From: Deltaproteobacteria bacterium
GTDB taxonomy: Bacteria; Bdellovibrionota_C; UBA2361; JANWWW01
Direction: 5' to 3'
DNA length: 64,000 nucleotides
Assembly: GCA_025055295.1 (NCBI GenBank)
Contig: JANWWW010000001.1
Coordinates: forward strand, 1,513-65,512
This document shows positions 60,035 to 64,000 of the stretch, one piece after another (position 1 is the first letter of the stretch; every line of letters starts with the position of its first letter). A program made the translations under genes and the position numbers. The notes beneath the pieces were generated by a model, which did no database searches, was not told the origin of the DNA, and worked only from the letters and a program-made list of their open reading frames with translations.

Positions 60035-61511
60035 TTAGAACTCCCTTGTTTACCAAACTTTGTAAAGATTTCTCACCTATTTTGGCAAGGGCAAAAGCTT
60101 TTTCAGAACCAACTTGTCTTGTGATAAATGGTCGTAACCTTGGGTTCTTCGATAAAATTTCTGAATTTTTCACTAGAAACCGATAATAAAGTCCGTCCCA
60201 AATCGTACTCCATTCAGCCCTTTTGTAATCTGACATCTTGAGTATGTAGTTTGAAGATGAAAAGTAGGGTTTTGTCGAAATTAAATCACCGCAAGCAAAC
60301 TGGCTCATTCCGTAAACATTTGGAACCATAACCCAATCGTAAGCGTCCAGAGTGTACTTCATAAACCATTTATAAACACTGTCTGGATGAACCTCGCAAA
60401 GAAAGAAAAAATTGCCGAGTATCATTAACCGTTCAATGTGATGTAAAAATCCCCATTTTTCGGCTTTCCTGATACAATCGTCTACCGGTGGACAGTCAAA
60501 AAGTAATTTATCGGAAAGTCTGAACCGGTGCTGAAAAATATTGGATTTTCTCAACGTGTTTCCCAAAATTACATATGCAAGTCGCATGAATTCCCTCCAT
60601 CCAAGAACTTGCCTGACAAAAGCCTCAACTGACGCCAAGTTTGTTTCATTTAACTCTGATAGCACAACTTTTATGACCTCGTTCGGATCAAGTAAGCCTA
60701 TATTTAAAACCGGTGATATACCGCTATGGAATAGAAACAGGTCCCGACAGCTTATCGCATCCTGATACGGGCCAAAAAAGTTGAGTTTTTTTTTAACGAA
60801 AAAATTTATGAGTTCTAGCGCTCCTTCCCGGGTAACCGGAAACAACAAGTTATTTGAGGAGCCCGGGTTTTTGCCAAAATTTCTCTCAACATACTCCTTT
60901 GCTTCATAAAAAATTTGATGCTCGATATCGAACAAAGGATGTTCGGGAACTCGCACGCTTTTTGGTAATTTCTTTCTGTTTTCAACATCAAAGCTCCATT
61001 TGCCTCCAAAGGGTTTGCCGTTTATTGTCAAGATCTGAAACTTTTTCCTTCCATCAATATAGAAATCTCTCATTATAAGACGTCTGGCCGAATTTTTTTG
61101 CCAATAGTTTTCCAAGTCTTTCCTGGATAATACGAAACAGGGATTGTCAAGAAAAATTACGTCGGGACCAAAAAACCTTCGTATTCTTTTCTCTAAAATA
61201 TAGTCAGTAGGATCAAATGTAACAAACCTACCAAAGTTTCTTTTGCGTAATTCCTCTGCGACGCTTTTGAGATCTTTGAAATTCTGATACTCAATATAAA
61301 TCGTTTTCTTATTCGATTTTTGCAGTTCAAGATGAAAGTTTTTCATCGTAAGCCTATGAAAAAGTAACTTCTGCTTGTGAAACGGTATGTAATACGAGTG
61401 ATCCCCAAAAAATAAAGAATCTTCAATTAAAACATAATAATCACAATCTAGTTCTAGCCACTTACGGTGTAATTGATGTGGAAAAATAAGACCCACTCGC
61501 CCCACTGTCAA
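60018..61511 (-). CDS. Cryptochrome/photolyase-related protein of the COG3046 / FeS-BCP (PhrB/CryB-like) type
   Basis: It is 497 aa. 'GFLHHIERLMILGNFF' and 'WFMKYTLDAYDWVMVPNVYGMSQFACGD' resemble the conserved C-terminal region of bacterial (6-4)/FeS-BCP proteins. It has several Cys ('FDCPPVDDC', 'LCEV', 'ACGD') that could ligate a cluster. The call comes from memory of the family, not from a search. Confidence 0.45.
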   Translation of the reverse strand: MTVGRVGLIFPHQLHRKWLELDCDYYVLIEDSLFFGDHSYYIPFHKQKLLFHRLTMKNFHLELQKSNKKTIYIEYQNFKDLKSVAEELRKRNFGRFVTFDPTDYILEKRIRRFFGPDVIFLDNPCFVLSRKDLENYWQKNSARRLIMRDFYIDGRKKFQILTINGKPFGGKWSFDVENRKKLPKSVRVPEHPLFDIEHQIFYEAKEYVERNFGKNPGSSNNLLFPVTREGALELINFFVKKKLNFFGPYQDAISCRDLFLFHSGISPVLNIGLLDPNEVIKVVLSELNETNLASVEAFVRQVLGWREFMRLAYVILGNTLRKSNIFQHRFRLSDKLLFDCPPVDDCIRKAEKWGFLHHIERLMILGNFFFLCEVHPDSVYKWFMKYTLDAYDWVMVPNVYGMSQFACGDLISTKPYFSSSNYILKMSDYKRAEWSTIWDGLYYRFLVKNSEILSKNPRLRPFITRQVGSEKAFALAKIGEKSLQSLVNKGVLIDTNE

Positions 61512-62999
61512 TATTTTACTTGGGTAAAGTTATCGTTAAAATTTTTCCGGGTGAAGACACCGCTAAATGTTTATTGGGTGAGACGTGACTTAAGGCTCCA
61601 TGATAACCCTGCCCTTAGTGCTATTGCTCAGGAGAGTAAAAACTTTGCTGTTATTTTTATCTTTGAACCTTACATGTATTTAGCAAAGCCTCAGTACAAC
61701 TTTGGGTATCCTCAGAGACAGTTTTTGATACGAGCGATACCTCGGTTTGCCAAAAAATTCCAGTATTTTCACCTTATCTTCGATTATCCTGTAAAGACCT
61801 TCTCAAGGCTTGCGGAAAAGTATGATTTGACCGTTTATGTGAACGAAGATATTCATCCTGACTTTTATAAACAGTTGAACAAGCTAAAACGCGCTGGAAT
61901 AAAAATCAAGCTTTTTGAAGATCAGCTTACAGTACCAAAAAGCCTCTTAACCAAAGACTCACAAATTTATACCGTTTTTACGCCGTTTAAAAAAGCTGCA
62001 TGGAGGTATCTAATAGAAGCAAAAACCGCTTCTGTAGCGAGTTTCAGTACAATGCCTATCCCCGAGCTAGTTAGCCAATCGATTCCTGCCGTCGAGAATG
62101 AAATTGCTAACCGGGTAAGTAATCGGAGGGTTTTTCTTTTTGAAGGGACAGAATTAGACCTCGATGAAATTCTTGGTTTCGCGCCAAATTTTGATGATTG
62201 GTATTTTTCCGAAGAGGAGGCGATACAGATTGCTGTGAGCTTCATAGAAAAAAAACTTGCTAATTATCACACAAACCGAAACATGCTTGCGCTTGATGCC
62301 ACCTCAAAACTTAGCCTCGCATTGGCATGGGGTTTGATTTCAGCTCGAACGCTTAAGAACCTAATCCTCGATAAATTGGGACTGCGCTACGTAGAGCCAG
62401 ATGATAAGAACAATTTGGGACCAGTGACTTTTTTGTCTGAACTTATTTGGCGAGAATTTTACAAGTACTTGCTTTATCATTTTCCTTGGTTATTAAACCT
62501 GGAGTTTCAGGAAAAAAAAAGAAGCATACTGTGGGTAAAAGGAGATGTAGCAAGGAGGAGGTTCATTGCATGGATTAAGGCTGAAACTGGCTATGACTTG
62601 GTTGACGCGGCGATGATGCAGATTGCTAAAACTGGTTATATGCACAACAGGGCAAGGATGCTTGTGGCGTCAATTCTCACAAAAAACCTCGGAGTTGATT
62701 GGAGAGCAGGTCAGGAGTACTTTAGAGCCAGCCTCATTGATTTAGATGAAGCGTCCAACAATGGAGGTTGGCAATGGTCTGCCAGTGTTGGAGCGGATCC
62801 GAAACCTATCAGAATATTTAATCCATATTTACAGGCTGATAAATTTGATCCAACAGGCCTATATAGAAAAAAATGGTTGAGTGAAACAGCACATTCTTGG
62901 CGAAATAATGAAAGCCATGTCCGTGACATTGAGCCAATCATAAGCCATTTGGATGCGAGACAGGAGGCGCTTAAAAGGTATGGACTTTTTGACGACTAA
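61473..62999 (+). CDS. Deoxyribodipyrimidine photolyase (class I CPD or Cry-DASH-like); the true start is probably downstream of 61511
   Basis: It has 'VYWVRRDLRLHDNPAL'. It has 'TGYDLVDAAMMQIAKTGYMHNRARMLVASIL...YFRASLIDLDEASNNGGWQWSASVGADPKP...IFNPYLQADKFDP'. The listed ORF overlaps the divergent gene by 39 nt, so an alternative start is likely. Confidence 0.8.
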   Translation: MMWKNKTHSPHCQYFTWVKLSLKFFRVKTPLNVYWVRRDLRLHDNPALSAIAQESKNFAVIFIFEPYMYLAKPQYNFGYPQRQFLIRAIPRFAKKFQYFHLIFDYPVKTFSRLAEKYDLTVYVNEDIHPDFYKQLNKLKRAGIKIKLFEDQLTVPKSLLTKDSQIYTVFTPFKKAAWRYLIEAKTASVASFSTMPIPELVSQSIPAVENEIANRVSNRRVFLFEGTELDLDEILGFAPNFDDWYFSEEEAIQIAVSFIEKKLANYHTNRNMLALDATSKLSLALAWGLISARTLKNLILDKLGLRYVEPDDKNNLGPVTFLSELIWREFYKYLLYHFPWLLNLEFQEKKRSILWVKGDVARRRFIAWIKAETGYDLVDAAMMQIAKTGYMHNRARMLVASILTKNLGVDWRAGQEYFRASLIDLDEASNNGGWQWSASVGADPKPIRIFNPYLQADKFDPTGLYRKKWLSETAHSWRNNESHVRDIEPIISHLDARQEALKRYGLFDD

Positions 63000-63474
63000 A
63001 AAAACCCCTAGCATGAGTGTTTTAAAGCTAATGCAAAGAATGGGTTTAGAGAATGCTTTAAAAAACATCATAACAGGTCGAATAATGCTCATTTTTGACA
63101 AAACAGTGCTGACGACAAGGATTAACCTGTACGTGCTTTAATGGCTCTAACGAAGGCAAAATACAAGTTTAGCGCCTGACGGAAAATCATGGAAACATGT
63201 TGGGTGAATGAAAAGAGGAAAACCGTTGCGAATATCAAATAAGTTTGATAAGCAAAGTTAAGAGGAAAACTCGGCTTTATTAGATTGTTTTGCCAACGGC
63301 AAATAATAATACTGTCTGAAGACGTTTTTTACCTTGAAATTCTTACAAGATGCTACGAATGTCTATCGCTATCGTCGGATTTATTAAAGATTTTTTTTCG
63401 TAGGACTCGTACCGTGTTATCAAAACCAAATTCAAGGAAAGCAAAAAAATTTAATCACGCAACTACAAACTCAC

Positions 63475-64000
63475 TTACATAGGTCTTTTGACTAGCATCG
63501 CGCAACCTCCGCCGCCTGCCGCGCACGATGCGATGATAGCGTACGTTCCGCCATATGTGTTTAATGCTTTCGCGGCATGGAGTATAAGTCTTAAACCTGT
63601 AGCAGCAAATGGGTGACCGTAGGCCAGACTTCCTCCAAAAACGTTTACTCTGTCGCGTGGTATCTCGGTTTTTTCTACGTTATACTTGCTCCAGCCCATT
63701 GATAGACATTTTAGGTTAATAAGAACCTGACACGCGAACGCTTCGTGAATTTCGTAAAAATCAACTTGATTAGGAGCCAATTTGTTTCTTTTCAACAACC
63801 TGTCGATAGCTACAACAGGGGCCATCAAGAGCCCATCAGAAGGATCAACGGCTGAGAAAACGTAGTCTACGATTTCACACAGAGGCTCTGTTTCCGCCTT
63901 CGAAAGCTCGGACTCGTCAACAAAAAGCGCAATGCTACCTCCATCTGTAAGAGATGAAGAGTTTCCTGCAGTTATACTTCCATCACTTGAAAAAACCGCG
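63475..64000 (-). CDS. Thiolase (acetyl-CoA acetyltransferase-like), C-terminal part; the gene continues past the window end
   Basis: The frame is open to nt 64000. The translation '...NSSSLTDGGSIALFVDESE...VDFYEIHEAFACQ...VNVFGGSLAYGHPFAATGLRL...ASCAAGGGGCAM' matches the thiolase C-terminal motifs (NEAFA, GGAIALGHP, CIGGGQG). Confidence 0.7.
   Translation of the reverse strand, partial: AVFSSDGSITAGNSSSLTDGGSIALFVDESELSKAETEPLCEIVDYVFSAVDPSDGLLMAPVVAIDRLLKRNKLAPNQVDFYEIHEAFACQVLINLKCLSMGWSKYNVEKTEIPRDRVNVFGGSLAYGHPFAATGLRLILHAAKALNTYGGTYAIIASCAAGGGGCAMLVKRPM

Noticed and set aside
1-64000. CRISPR arrays, rRNA genes, and reverse-transcriptase, retron or group II intron elements
   Set aside because: No regularly spaced direct repeats, no rRNA-like conserved blocks and no RT motifs (YxDD) were seen in any ORF.

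Overview
This is a 64 kb stretch of an AT-rich chromosome from a Gram-negative (diderm) bacterium. The lineage is uncertain: lpxB, murJ, a GspK-like pseudopilin, a TolC-like lipoprotein and many sigma-54 activators suggest a deltaproteobacteria/Bdellovibrionota-like or similar organism. Gene density is high on both strands, and most genes are core functions. These include murA (5' partial), rtcB, lepB, cca, acpP, murJ, pfk, hsp20, an HMG-CoA lyase, a threonine dehydratase, an ECF sigma factor, an RNase D-like exonuclease, trmL, sucA (E1), a LigT-like phosphoesterase, a RluA-family pseudouridine synthase, an acyl-CoA dehydrogenase, lpxB, a glutathione peroxidase and a 3'-partial thiolase. There are two tRNAs, tRNA-Pro(CGG) and tRNA-Val(TAC). 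Seven things stand out. (1) A roughly 6.5 kb six-gene sigma-54 operon on the minus strand carries two enhancer-binding proteins. One has a receiver domain and one does not. The operon also holds a soluble histidine kinase and a 682-aa TPR protein. (2) Three cryptochrome/photolyase-family genes are clustered together, one of them FeS-BCP/PhrB-like, next to a glutathione peroxidase. (3) An internally deleted IS256-family element keeps both terminal inverted repeats and the two end fragments of its transposase. About 1 kb of AT-rich non-coding DNA follows it. (4) A frameshifted Dgt/SAMHD1-type HD-domain dNTPase gene sits beside a stand-alone HNH endonuclease and small unknown ORFs. (5) A Hanks-type Ser/Thr kinase is fused to a polytopic membrane domain. 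(6) Several operons of unknown function lie next to gene-poor stretches. One is a lipoprotein plus two hypotheticals at 30.4-33.4 kb. Another is two large polytopic membrane proteins plus a small protein at 19.9-23.9 kb. A 1.26 kb gene-free region lies at 29.1-30.4 kb. (7) An acyl-CoA dehydrogenase C-terminal-domain-only protein overlaps the lpxB start. No CRISPR array, rRNA, RT-based element or intact mobile element was seen. Every product call comes from motifs I could read in the supplied translations. No database search was run.
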